In this document: positions 10,736 through 20,110 of the stretch, piece after piece
Layout: each line of letters starts with the position of its first letter
How positions within the stretch are numbered: the first letter of the stretch is position 1
Source of the DNA: Rhodanobacteraceae bacterium
Lineage (GTDB): Bacteria > Pseudomonadota > Gammaproteobacteria > Xanthomonadales > Rhodanobacteraceae
NCBI GenBank assembly: GCA_035606235.1
Contig: DATNFU010000016.1
Span: forward strand, 2,397 to 66,396
Length of the DNA stretch: 64,000 nucleotides
Direction of reading: 5' to 3'
Position numbers and translations under genes: made by a program
The notes under the pieces: model-generated
Database searches by the model: none
Told to the model about the DNA's origin: nothing
What the model saw: the letters and a program-made list of their open reading frames with translations, nothing else

Positions 10736-11035
10736 ATGAATTCCCTCGATCGCACCGAACTCGAAGCTGCCGCGTTCCGCCGACTGCTGAAGCACCTCAA
10801 CCAGGATCGCAACGATGTGCAGAACATCGACCTGATGATCCTGGCCGGCTTCTGCCGAAACTGCCTCGCCGATTGGTACCGCGAAGCGGCGGCCGAGCGC
10901 GGTGTGGAGGTTGGCAAGGATGAGGCGCGCGAGGCGATCTACGGCATGCCGTTCGCCGAATGGAAAGTGAAGCATCAGAAAGACGCTACGCCGGAACAGT
11001 TGGCGGCGTTCGAAAGGGCACAGAAGCGCATTTGA
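10736..11035 (+). CDS. DUF1244 domain-containing protein
   Basis: 99 aa; [11 protein letters not shown]...[17 protein letters not shown] signature. Confidence 0.8.
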   Translation: MNSLDRTELEAAAFRRLLKHLNQDRNDVQNIDLMILAGFCRNCLADWYREAAAERGVEVGKDEAREAIYGMPFAEWKVKHQKDATPEQLAAFERAQKRI

Positions 11036-11061
11036 TTTCGCGGGCGCTCCTACCCAAGCAG

Positions 11062-11093
11062 ATTCCGGGTTCCGCCTTCGGCGACCCCGGAAT
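11062..11093. terminator. Compound GC hairpin (REP-like) between convergent genes, a possible bidirectional terminator
   Basis: ATTCCGGG pairs with CCCGGAAT around the inner hairpin CGCC-TTC-GGCG. It lies between stop 11035 (+) and stop 11104 (-). No clear U-tract. Confidence 0.45.
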
Positions 11094-11103
11094 GAAGGCG
11101 TTG

Positions 11104-12237
11104 TTACTTCGCCGCACTACAGAGCTTTTCGTAATCCACATATCCCGGAAACGCCCTGCCCGGCGCGCACACGGGACATTCCGGATCGGGTGCGAGGCGT
11201 GTTTCACGGAAGCGCATGGCGAGCGCGTCGAACATAAGCAGCCGACCGGTGAGCGGCTCGCCGATGCCGAGAATCAATTTCAATACTTCGGTCGCCTGCA
11301 ACATGCCGATCACGCCAGGCAACACGCCGAGCACACCCGCTTCGGAGCAATTGGGTGCGGCTTCCGGCGGCGGCGGTTGCGGGAACAGGCAGCGGTAGCA
11401 CGGCGCGATTCCGCGCTGGCGGCCCGCATCAAACACGCTCACCTGCCCCTCGAAACGGTGCACCGCACCGTATACCAGCGGCTTCTGCAATTTTAAGCAG
11501 GCATCGTTGAGCAGATAACGCACCGGAAAATTATCGGCGCCGTCCAGTACCACGTCGGCACCATCCAGCAGTTGCTCGACATTTTCCGAAGTGACGCGCT
11601 CAGCCAAACCGGCGATGCGCGTGCGTGGATTCAGCGCGGTCAGCGTGTGCGCGGCCGACTGCACTTTCGGCATGCCAACGCGGCCGTCGGTGTGCAGGAT
11701 CTGCCGTTGCAGGTTGCTGCGATCCACGGTGTCGTTATCGGCGAGCACCAGCGTGCCAATGCCTGCGCCGGCGAGGTAAAACGCGGCCGGCGAACCCAGG
11801 CCGCCCGCGCCGACGATCACCACGCGCGCGTTTTCGAGTTTGCGCTGACCGTCTTCGCCCACTTCAGGCAGACGCAAGTGGCGCGAATAGCGATCGAAAA
11901 AATCCGCGTCTACACTTTCCGCTTCGGCCACGGGCAGGCCTTCCGCAATCCACAGCGCGGTACCGCCGGCCACGGAGATGACACAGGTGTAACCGAGCTG
12001 TTGCAAAACCTGCGCAGCCATCAGCGAACGCTGGCCGTGCGCGCAGATCGTGAGGATTTCGGTGTCGCGATCCGGCGCGATCTTCGCAATCCGCTGCGCG
12101 ATTTCGCCACGCGGCAAGGCGATCGCGCCGGCGGCCATACCGGTCGCGTGTTCGAACGATTCGCGCACATCCAGCAGCAGCGCACCTGCGCGCTGGCGTT
12201 GCAGCGCTTCGCGCGGGGAGATTTCGCGGAGGATCAT
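11104..12237 (-). CDS. moeB: Molybdopterin-synthase adenylyltransferase with N-terminal rhodanese domain
   Basis: Rhodanese segment (ILTICAHGQRS), then ThiF/MoeB (VVIVGAGGLGSPAAFYLAGAGIG, DRSNLQRQ, CYRCLFP...CSEAGVLG, CPVC). Confidence 0.9.
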   Translation of the reverse strand: MILREISPREALQRQRAGALLLDVRESFEHATGMAAGAIALPRGEIAQRIAKIAPDRDTEILTICAHGQRSLMAAQVLQQLGYTCVISVAGGTALWIAEGLPVAEAESVDADFFDRYSRHLRLPEVGEDGQRKLENARVVIVGAGGLGSPAAFYLAGAGIGTLVLADNDTVDRSNLQRQILHTDGRVGMPKVQSAAHTLTALNPRTRIAGLAERVTSENVEQLLDGADVVLDGADNFPVRYLLNDACLKLQKPLVYGAVHRFEGQVSVFDAGRQRGIAPCYRCLFPQPPPPEAAPNCSEAGVLGVLPGVIGMLQATEVLKLILGIGEPLTGRLLMFDALAMRFRETRLAPDPECPVCAPGRAFPGYVDYEKLCSAAK

Positions 12238-12264
12238 CGGCGCATTATCGCCGGTTTGCCCAGC

Positions 12265-14112
12265 TCACGGCCAAACCGTCACCACCGCACCGCGATCGAG
12301 ATCGCGCGCATCCTCGGGCAACAACACCAGCGCATCGGATTCCACCAGCCCACGTAACATGCCGGAGCCCTGTTTGCGGTGTGGCGTGGCCCACAGCACG
12401 CCTTCCGCATCGCAACTCAATGCGCAGCGCAGCAACTCGGCGCGTGCATGTTTCTTGTGCGCCGGTTCGGCCAGGCGCGCGCGGTGCACCTTCGCGGTGC
12501 TGCTTTCCGCGAGCAGCGCACGTAATGCGACGCGCACGAACACCTGAAACGTCACCGCCGCGGATACCGGATTGCCCGGCAGGCCGAAACACAGGCACGC
12601 GCCGATCGCGCCGAGCAGCACCGGCATGCCTGGCTTGATGCGCACTTTGTGGAAATGAATCTCGCCAAGTTCGCCGAGCAGCGCCGGCAGATGGTCGGCC
12701 TCGCCCGCCGAAACGCCGCCGCTGCTGAGGATCAGATCCGCTTGCACCGCGGCATCCAGCAGCGCCGCGCGCAGTGCTTGCGGTTGGTCGCGCACGCTGA
12801 CTCGCGAAACGACTTCCGCGCCGGCTTCCCGCAGCAATGCCGCGAGCATCACGCCGTTGGATTCGTGGATCTGACCGAAGCCAAGCGGCTGCCCGGTCGG
12901 AACCAGCTCGTCGCCGGTGACGATGACCGCGACGCGCGGCCTGCGCCGCACGCTCACCTGATCCACGCCCAATGCGGCGAGCACGCCGAGTTGCGCGGCA
13001 TACAGGCGCAGGCCTGCGTTCAGCGCGAGATCGCCGGCAGCGAAATCCTCACCGGCCGTGCGTACATGGGCACTCGCCTTCTCGCCGGCTTGCACGAGCA
13101 CGCGGCTTCCTTCCACGCGCACGTTTTCCTTGATGACCACGCTGTCGGCGCCAAGCGGCAGCGGCGCGCCGGTGGTGATGCGCACGCATTGGCCACCGCC
13201 GATCTGCGGCGCCGAAGTCGCCCCGGCGAACACGTCGCCGATCAGCTCGAACGCGCGCTCGCCCTGGTCCGGTAAATCGGCGCCGCGGAGTGCAAAGCCA
13301 TCCATCGCGGAATTGGCGAACGGCGGCAAGTCATGCGGTGCACGCACGTCTTCGGCCAGGACGCGGTTTTGCGCTTCAGCAAGCTCGACGCGCTCGACCG
13401 GCAGCCGATGCCGCACGCTGCGTGTGCGCACGATTTCCAGCGCCTGCTCCAGCGCAATGCGGGTTGGGTAGCCGGGTTGCTCGCAGGGATGCATGCGCTC
13501 GTATTCGCAGAAATCATCCGGCGTGTTGAGATTGCGGAATGCTGACGCGCGGTCAGGGAAATCCACCGGCAGTGCGTCGATCTCGATATGCCAGCGCAAG
13601 GGCGAGGCGTGCACGCCGACCGCGTCGCGGGCGGATATCAGCAGTTGATCGCGGAATTTCAGCGAGTACAAGGCAAACAACGGCTGCACCCGGTGCGAGT
13701 CCTTCGCGTAGGCGCAGGCCGCATCGGGCGCGGCAAGCAGCGCCGCCCGCAGGCGCGCCAGCAAGTCGTCTGGCGGATCGGGACAATCTGCCGGCATGGT
13801 CAGCAGCCAGGAGCAATCCGCGAATCGCTCGGGCTCGCCCTCGACAATCAGCGCCAGCGCGGCGGCGACGCCGGCCAGCGGCCCGGCGTGACCCGGTATT
13901 TCATCGCCGATCACTCGCGCATGCCGCGCGTAGTCGTCCTGGTTGCGGTTGGCGACGATCAGCAGCTCGTCGCATTGCCCGCGCAGCACTGAAAGCACGC
14001 GTTCGATGACGGGTTTCCCGTGCAGCGTCAGCAGACCCTTGTCCTGTCCGCCGACGCGCCGGCCAGCGCCGCCGGCCAGCACAATCCCCACGGTGCGTGA
14101 TCCGGAATCCAT
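12265..14112 (-). CDS. In-frame fusion of MobA (molybdenum cofactor guanylyltransferase, about 13495-14112) and MoeA (molybdopterin molybdotransferase, 12265 to about 13494)
   Basis: MobA motifs GIVLAGGAGRRVGGQDKGLL ... NLNTPDDF run without a stop into MoeA motifs PPFANSAMDGFALR, ITTGAPLP, ILSSGGVSAGEADH, PGNPVSA. Track ORF 12265..14187. Confidence 0.85.
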   Translation of the reverse strand: MDSGSRTVGIVLAGGAGRRVGGQDKGLLTLHGKPVIERVLSVLRGQCDELLIVANRNQDDYARHARVIGDEIPGHAGPLAGVAAALALIVEGEPERFADCSWLLTMPADCPDPPDDLLARLRAALLAAPDAACAYAKDSHRVQPLFALYSLKFRDQLLISARDAVGVHASPLRWHIEIDALPVDFPDRASAFRNLNTPDDFCEYERMHPCEQPGYPTRIALEQALEIVRTRSVRHRLPVERVELAEAQNRVLAEDVRAPHDLPPFANSAMDGFALRGADLPDQGERAFELIGDVFAGATSAPQIGGGQCVRITTGAPLPLGADSVVIKENVRVEGSRVLVQAGEKASAHVRTAGEDFAAGDLALNAGLRLYAAQLGVLAALGVDQVSVRRRPRVAVIVTGDELVPTGQPLGFGQIHESNGVMLAALLREAGAEVVSRVSVRDQPQALRAALLDAAVQADLILSSGGVSAGEADHLPALLGELGEIHFHKVRIKPGMPVLLGAIGACLCFGLPGNPVSAAVTFQVFVRVALRALLAESSTAKVHRARLAEPAHKKHARAELLRCALSCDAEGVLWATPHRKQGSGMLRGLVESDALVLLPEDARDLDRGAVVTVWP

Positions 14113-14199
14113 GTTTTCCCATCCGCTAATTTCGTGGCGCGGGTTGCAACCCGCAGCCTGCCTTGCCAGACCAAGTCGGCGGATCAAGGGCCGCCCTGC

Positions 14200-15594
14200 C
14201 TACTTCCGTACGCGCCTGATCATGCGCCGGCGCTTGCGTTGCTGGCTTTCGGTCAGCGTATTGCGGCGGCCGGCAAACGGATTTTCGCCTTCGCGGAATT
14301 CGACCCGCACCGGTGTGCCTTCCAGCTTGTAGCGCTTGCGGAAAAAGTTTTCCAGGTAGCGGCGGTAACTGTCGGCGATGTGTTTGGTGCGGGTGCCATG
14401 AATCACGATGGTCGGCGGATTGCGTCCACCCGGGTGCGCGAAGCGCAGCTTCGGGGAATGGCCGCGTACCAGCGGCGGCTGATGTCCGGCGAGTGCTTTT
14501 TCCAGCGTGCGGGTCAGATCGGACGTGCCCAGTTCGCGGGTGGCTGACGAATGCGCGCGATCCACGCTGCGCATCAGCTCGCGCAAGCCGGAACCGTGTT
14601 TGCCGGAAATGAAAACCGGTTTGGCCCAGGCGACGAAATCGAGCTTGCGCGACAAGCCGTCGCGGCAGCGTTCGCGATCGTAAGTCGAAAGCCCATCCCA
14701 CTTGTTGGCGGCGATTACCAGCGCGCGGCCGGCATCCAGCACCTGGCCGATCAGGTTCAGATCCTGATCCGACACACCTTCGCTCGCATCCAGCAACACG
14801 ATTGCGACTTGCGCGGCGGCGATGGATTGCAGCGTCTTGATGACGCTGAATTTCTCCAGGGCATCCTCAACCCGGCCCCGACGGCGCACGCCGGCGGTAT
14901 CGATCAGGGTGTAGCGCTTGCCGTCGCGCTCCAGCGGTACATGGATCGAGTCCCGTGTTGTGCCGGCAACTTCCGACACCACCACGCGGTCCTCGCCGAG
15001 CAGGCGATTGACCAGGGTGGACTTGCCGACATTCGGTCGGCCGATGATGGCCACCCGCGTGCCGGCATTCTCGTCATCGAGATTGATATCCGGCTCGTCG
15101 TCCTCGGGCAACCGCGCCAGCAACTGGGCGACCAGTTCGTCAAGGCCGCGCGCATGCGCGGAGGCGATCGCCAGCGGATCGGCGAGGCCCAGCCCGGAAA
15201 ATTCTGCAAGCGCGGTCTGGATATCCAGACCGTCAGTCTTGTTGACTGCGAGCAATGTCGGCTTGCCGGCGCGACGCAATTCGTCGAGGATCGCGCGATC
15301 CTGCGGTAACAGACCTTCGCGCGCATCCACCAGCAAAACGCAGGCTTGCGACTCCTCTATCGCGAGCCGCACCTGGCGCGCCGTCAGCACGTCGATGTCG
15401 ATTTCTTCGCCGGAAAGTCCGCCGGTGTCAACCAGCACGAACGGCCGCGCGCCCAGCCGGCAGAAGCCGTAATGACGATCGCGGGTGACTCCGGGCAGAT
15501 CCGCGACCAGCGCATCGCGCGAACGCGTCAGCACGTTGAACAGCGTGGACTTGCCTACATTCGGACGGCCAACGAGTGCGACGACGGGCAGCAT
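14200..15594 (-). CDS. der: Ribosome biogenesis GTPase Der (EngA)
   Basis: Two GTPase domains (GRPNVGKSTLFN and GRPNVGKSTLVN) plus a KH-like C-terminus. Confidence 0.97.
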   Translation of the reverse strand: MLPVVALVGRPNVGKSTLFNVLTRSRDALVADLPGVTRDRHYGFCRLGARPFVLVDTGGLSGEEIDIDVLTARQVRLAIEESQACVLLVDAREGLLPQDRAILDELRRAGKPTLLAVNKTDGLDIQTALAEFSGLGLADPLAIASAHARGLDELVAQLLARLPEDDEPDINLDDENAGTRVAIIGRPNVGKSTLVNRLLGEDRVVVSEVAGTTRDSIHVPLERDGKRYTLIDTAGVRRRGRVEDALEKFSVIKTLQSIAAAQVAIVLLDASEGVSDQDLNLIGQVLDAGRALVIAANKWDGLSTYDRERCRDGLSRKLDFVAWAKPVFISGKHGSGLRELMRSVDRAHSSATRELGTSDLTRTLEKALAGHQPPLVRGHSPKLRFAHPGGRNPPTIVIHGTRTKHIADSYRRYLENFFRKRYKLEGTPVRVEFREGENPFAGRRNTLTESQQRKRRRMIRRVRK

Positions 15595-15828
15595 GAGATC
15601 AATGAAGGACCCTGTGGGCTATGCGACTTGGGGATTGCTGTCGCGCGAGCAACCATCCATGGGGCGTTCTCCGATCGGCATCCTGCCTCACCCGAGACCT
15701 TTGCACGCCACGCCATTCAAGCATCGCGCAAGCGCCAAAGGTTTCGACCTGCGCTGCGGCACACAAGCTGCCTGCGCCCGTTACGCTTTTCAACCACTCA
15801 CGAATCCGGCCGTCGACAGCGCTGCTGC

Positions 15829-17052
15829 CTACGGAGGCGTCGGAACGCGATACGCGGCGATATTGCCGGACTCATCCTCGACGAACACGGTGTCGCCGAC
15901 CACCAGCGGGCGCGCCCGGATCGCATCCTTGGACAGGCGCGTCCGCGCGGCGAAGCTGCCATCCTTCAGATTCAGCCAGTGCACGTAGCCTTCCAGATCG
16001 CCGACCACCGCGTAATGACCTTGCACGGCGGGCGGGCTCAACCAGCGATATTGCAGCGCATCCTGCTTCCACATATCGGAGCCGGAGCCGGCATCGAAGG
16101 CCCACACCTGCGATTGGTCGTCCACACCCACCAGTTGCTTGTCGGCCACAGCCACGCCGACATAGCTCGAGAACGGACGATTCCAGTTGACCTTGCCTGT
16201 CGGCGCGTCTATCGAGACGAGTTGCCCGTGATAGGCGGTTGCGTACAACGCATCGCCATCCAGTTGCAGCATGTCGTCGGCGTCATTCAACTTTTCGATG
16301 TCGCTGCGGCCTTCGCCTTTGGCGATCGTCTGTTGCCATTGCGCGCTGCCGGTGTCGCCGCGCAGCGCGACGATCTTGCCGTCATCGCTGCCGAAGAACA
16401 CCACGCCATGCGCAACCAGCAACGGGCCATTGCCGCGCAGGCTTAGCAGCGGCACGTTGGCTTGATCATTGACCCACTTGCGCTGACCGGTCGCGGCGTC
16501 CAGCGCATAAATGCGGCCGTCGTTGGTACGCGCATACACCACGCCATTGTCGATGACCGGCGGGCTGACCACCTCATCGGAGACTTCCGCGGCCCAACGT
16601 TGCTTGCCGGTCGCCGCATCCATGCCGTACACATGGCCATCCAGCGTGCCGACCGCCAGCAGGTCGCCGCTGACCGTCGGGCCGCCGGCGTACAGTGCAT
16701 CGGCGTAACGCTTGTGCCCGAAACCGAACCAGCCTTGCGTGCGCGTGTCGTCGCGCCAGATCGTCTTGCCGGTGGCGGCATCCAGCGCGGCCAGCTTGCC
16801 ATCCACGCTGGCGACGTAAAGCTTGCCATCCGCATAAGCCGGCGCCAGCCGAATGCCCGAGCGCCCGGAGCCATCGCCGATGCTGTCCTTCCAGAGCCGC
16901 TGTACCTGCACGCTCGGGACGAACTTGGTGAGTTCGCGTGGCGGCTGCACGTTGTCCTTGCCGCTGATGATCTTGCTGATCAGGCTGCAACCGGTGAACG
17001 CCGACAGCGTTGCCAGCAGAAGCAACATGAGGAGTGGACGGTAATGTCCCAT
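15829..17052 (-). CDS. bamB: Outer membrane protein assembly factor BamB (PQQ-like beta-propeller lipoprotein)
   Basis: Lipobox LSAFTGC after MGHYRPLLMLLLL; repeated propeller blades; position between yfgM and der. Confidence 0.9.
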   Translation of the reverse strand: MGHYRPLLMLLLLATLSAFTGCSLISKIISGKDNVQPPRELTKFVPSVQVQRLWKDSIGDGSGRSGIRLAPAYADGKLYVASVDGKLAALDAATGKTIWRDDTRTQGWFGFGHKRYADALYAGGPTVSGDLLAVGTLDGHVYGMDAATGKQRWAAEVSDEVVSPPVIDNGVVYARTNDGRIYALDAATGQRKWVNDQANVPLLSLRGNGPLLVAHGVVFFGSDDGKIVALRGDTGSAQWQQTIAKGEGRSDIEKLNDADDMLQLDGDALYATAYHGQLVSIDAPTGKVNWNRPFSSYVGVAVADKQLVGVDDQSQVWAFDAGSGSDMWKQDALQYRWLSPPAVQGHYAVVGDLEGYVHWLNLKDGSFAARTRLSKDAIRARPLVVGDTVFVEDESGNIAAYRVPTPP

Positions 17053-17165
17053 GTGGAAGATGGAACGGCCAGCGGATCGCGGGGTTGGGCAATGCCCTGG
17101 AGCGAGGGCGAGACCAAGCGAGCCACTTCCGAAACGGGCGTTGCCGTCCAATGAATGATGTCGCT

Positions 17166-17867
17166 TCATGTGCCCTGTTTCCCGGGTGCGGTCGTTTTGG
17201 AGACGCTGGGCGCGGCGGTCGCGCCGCCGGCCTGCGCGAGATTGTCGAGCTTCATCTGCAAGGCATCGCGCATGCCCGGTACCGTATGGGCCGACAGCGC
17301 CGCCAGGGCATTCGCGTATGCGCTGCGCGCTTGCGCCTCGCGCCCCAGTTTGAGCAGCGCGTCGCCGCGGAGTTCCTCAAGCGTGGCGCGATAGCTGTCA
17401 TCCGGCACGCCGCCGAGCAGCGTCAGTGCCTGCTGCGCGTGATCCTGGGCCAGCTCGACGCGCGCCAGCCGCAGCATATAAACGGCGTGCAGCGCCGGCG
17501 TGGGGCTGTGATCCACCGCCCATTGCAACGCAGCCTGCGCCGCATCGAGCTTGCCCTGCGCCACCGCGACGTTGGCGCGCGCGGCGGCGCCCAGCGCGGC
17601 ATACGGCGTATCGACGTAGCTTTTTTCCAGCGCGGTGGCCGCGCTGTCGACCTGCGCATCCTGGCCGGCCGCCAATGCGGATTCCAGCGCGACGTATTGT
17701 TCCGCGGCCTGGGCGTGATGTCCGGCGCGGTGCGACTGCCATTGGCGCCAACCGAAAATCAGCGCCAGTGCCAGCACCACGCCGACGACGATGGACAGCC
17801 CATTTTCGCGCAACCATTTGCGCAACTGTTCGCTTTGCTCGTATTCGTCGTAATCGTCAAAAGCCAT
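17166..17867 (-). CDS. yfgM: YfgM-family TPR membrane protein (ancillary SecYEG-associated)
   Basis: N-terminus MAFDDYDEYEQSEQLRKWLRENG, then one TM helix and TPR-like Ala-rich repeats; conserved position upstream of bamB. Confidence 0.8.
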   Translation of the reverse strand: MAFDDYDEYEQSEQLRKWLRENGLSIVVGVVLALALIFGWRQWQSHRAGHHAQAAEQYVALESALAAGQDAQVDSAATALEKSYVDTPYAALGAAARANVAVAQGKLDAAQAALQWAVDHSPTPALHAVYMLRLARVELAQDHAQQALTLLGGVPDDSYRATLEELRGDALLKLGREAQARSAYANALAALSAHTVPGMRDALQMKLDNLAQAGGATAAPSVSKTTAPGKQGT

Positions 17868-18274
17868 TAGGGAGAACTCTGATCAGTCGTGATAGGGCTT
17901 TGCTCTAACCCGCATCTTCATATCTCCACAACATCAAGCCGCGCAGGCGACGGTTGATCCTCCCTTTCCTCAAGGGACTGAACAGCCGCCAAGCTGTGGA
18001 TGCCTCCAGACCGTGCCACAAAGCCGCCGCGCCAGTGCGCGGGCGGACAAGGATAACCGAAACCGCGGGATAGTCGGCCAATCCGCTTGCGAGCGAATCG
18101 AAAAGCGTTGCGGACCAAAGCCGGGGCTCGCGCCGCCGGGCGCCAGGAGCCACCGTTTACCTGCCCATACAACGGGATTTCCGGGTCCGCAAAGCGGCAC
18201 ACCGTGTACCGGGCCGGTCATGTACCGGATGCCAGGCGCGCGTATCCCGAACGGTGCAGCTTCGCAACCGCCCG

Positions 18275-19258
18275 TCAGCCGTTGCCGTTTGCCGCCGGTG
18301 CGAACACCTGGAAGCGCGCGGTGTTGGCGCGTCGGTAAGGCGCCAGCGACAGCGGCTTGCCATCGCTGCTGGCCTCAATGCCATCAGCATTGCCGATGGT
18401 GATGCTCAGCGGTGCTGTGCTGTGATAACTGCGCGTCTCGCCCGCGTGCAGCATGCCGGAATCGAGCGTCTTGCCATTGGCATCCGCCACCTCTACCCAG
18501 CTTGCCGCGCTGGCGCGCAAGGTCAGCACATGATCCGAAGTGCTGGCGGCGGGAGCGCTCGCAACCTGTGGTGACGCGGGAGCCGTAGTGGCGGAATCCA
18601 GATTCATCGCCGGGAACGGCGTCATCGAAGCGAGCAGCGGCTGTTCCTGCGCAGACGTCGCGACGGGCGTCTTGATCGCCTGCGTCACCTGCGCGGGCGC
18701 CGCGCTGGTCGGCGAGTTGTCCAAGGGCGCGATGCGGGTCAACTGATTGTCCAGTCCGCCGCGCAGGCCGAGCCACACCAGCGGCACCGCGACCGTCGCG
18801 GTCAGCACGATGTACGTTGCCGCCGCGCCGTAGCGCCGCAGCCAGTTGCCACGCAGCGCGCTGCCGGTCGGGATCAGCACGGGTTCCCGCACCGGCGCCA
18901 CCACCCGCAGTGCCGCCTCGACCGCGAAGCTCGGCACATTGAGAAAGCGCGCATAACTGTGCAAGGCGCCGCGCGTGAAAACATGATCCTCGGCGCTGCC
19001 GAGGTCGCCGGCTTCCAGCCGCGCCAGCACCCGCGCGGGCAGACGCAGCGATTGTCCGCAAGCCGATAGCTCCAGTCCGCGTGATTCACGTGCGGCTTTC
19101 AGGCGCGCGCCGATGTCATTCGCGGATTCGGCGGCCGGGCCGCCCGCACCCGCGTAGGCGCTGAGGTCTTCGGCACGCAAGCGCATTTCGGCGAAAGCAG
19201 GCTGCGAGGATGCATCGTTGGTCTGGAACAGGTCGGCATTGCGCTCAGGGATGTTCAT
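18275..19258 (-). CDS. rodZ: Cytoskeleton protein RodZ-like (HTH + TM + C-terminal DUF4115)
   Basis: HTH IGARLKAARESRGLELSACGQSLRLPARVLARLE, a central TM, and C-terminal LTLRASAASWVEVADANGK...ITIGNA. Its start overlaps the pilW stop by 4 nt. Confidence 0.85.
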   Translation of the reverse strand: MNIPERNADLFQTNDASSQPAFAEMRLRAEDLSAYAGAGGPAAESANDIGARLKAARESRGLELSACGQSLRLPARVLARLEAGDLGSAEDHVFTRGALHSYARFLNVPSFAVEAALRVVAPVREPVLIPTGSALRGNWLRRYGAAATYIVLTATVAVPLVWLGLRGGLDNQLTRIAPLDNSPTSAAPAQVTQAIKTPVATSAQEQPLLASMTPFPAMNLDSATTAPASPQVASAPAASTSDHVLTLRASAASWVEVADANGKTLDSGMLHAGETRSYHSTAPLSITIGNADGIEASSDGKPLSLAPYRRANTARFQVFAPAANGNG

Positions 19259-20100
19259 TGCGGACTGCCAGCAAGTTGCTGCGCCTGATCCGATTCCGGG
19301 AACTGGTCACGCAGACGATTGGCGTAATTCCGGGCGGCATCCGCGTCGCCCAGGCGGGATTCAATTTGATAACCGAGCAGCAGTGAGTCGGGGGTTGCCT
19401 GCCCCTGCGCCTCGAACCTTTGCAGGAACGCGCGCGCATGAAAGGCATCGTTGCTGGCGTACAGCACGTGTGCCATCTGGTACAGCGCATCCGGATAATT
19501 GGGATCGAGGCTCAGCGCCTTGCGCAGATAACCTTCCGCGCCGGCGTTGTCGCCGCTGCGCGCCAGGCATTCGCCTGCGTTGGTGTTGGCCTTGGCGGGC
19601 GTCGAGTAGAACGGGTCGGACAGCGCGCGCTGGAAGTACGCCATCGCTTCCTTCTCGCGGCCGTTGTGGCACAGGAAGTAGCCGAGATTATTGTTGGTAT
19701 CGCCGTTCTTCGGATCGATCGCCAGCGCGCGGCGGTATTCCTGCTCGGCCTGCTGCGGCAAATGCACGCGTTCGTCGAGGATCGCAAGCATGGTGTGCGC
19801 CGGGATGTAATCCGGATCGAAGCCGATCGCCATCTCGAATTTCTGGTCGGCGCTCTTCAGGTCGCCGCGCGCCATCAACTGCGCGCCGAGTTCCGTGTGC
19901 ACCTGGGCGGCCTCGCGCTTCTGATCCTGCTTGGTGTCCTGCGGTTCGTTCTTGAGATTGTTGATGCCGGTGTCGTATTTGATGATCTTGTTGCGCGAAC
20001 AGGCACCGGCACCAAGCGCCAGCACGCCGAGAACCAGCAACTTCAAGAGCGCAGACCACACGGCCGGCTGCTTGATCTTCGCGGTCGTGGACCAACGCAT
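19255..20100 (-). CDS. pilW: Type IV pilus biogenesis/stability TPR lipoprotein PilW (PilF)
   Basis: Lipobox LGAGAC; TPR repeats (LGAQLMARGDLKSADQKFEMAIGFDPDY...); position between rlmN and rodZ. Confidence 0.85.
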   Translation of the reverse strand: MRWSTTAKIKQPAVWSALLKLLVLGVLALGAGACSRNKIIKYDTGINNLKNEPQDTKQDQKREAAQVHTELGAQLMARGDLKSADQKFEMAIGFDPDYIPAHTMLAILDERVHLPQQAEQEYRRALAIDPKNGDTNNNLGYFLCHNGREKEAMAYFQRALSDPFYSTPAKANTNAGECLARSGDNAGAEGYLRKALSLDPNYPDALYQMAHVLYASNDAFHARAFLQRFEAQGQATPDSLLLGYQIESRLGDADAARNYANRLRDQFPESDQAQQLAGSPQ

Positions 20101-20110
20101 GAGCCAACCC

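Noticed and set aside
9769-10917. Long N-terminal extensions of track ORFs (the folD example; also guaA, bamB, lapB, serA, serC, clpS, the ClC channel, fadD, the thiolase neighbours and others)
   Set aside because: The extensions have no similarity to the protein families, often translate REP hairpins or promoter DNA, and internal starts with a Shine-Dalgarno sequence fit family N-termini. The CDSs were trimmed accordingly.
17868-18274. Tested the 407-bp gap by eye for RNase P RNA, tmRNA, 6S/SRP RNA, and cobalamin, TPP and glycine riboswitch core motifs, and for hisS/ispG pseudogene fragments
   Set aside because: None of the diagnostic motifs (GAGGAAAGUCCGGGC, ACAGAACCCGGCUUA, the B12 box, CUGAGA...ACCUGA, the tmRNA tag frame) is present. 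The three minus-strand translations show nothing HisS- or IspG-like. It is kept only as an unexplained gap in findings.
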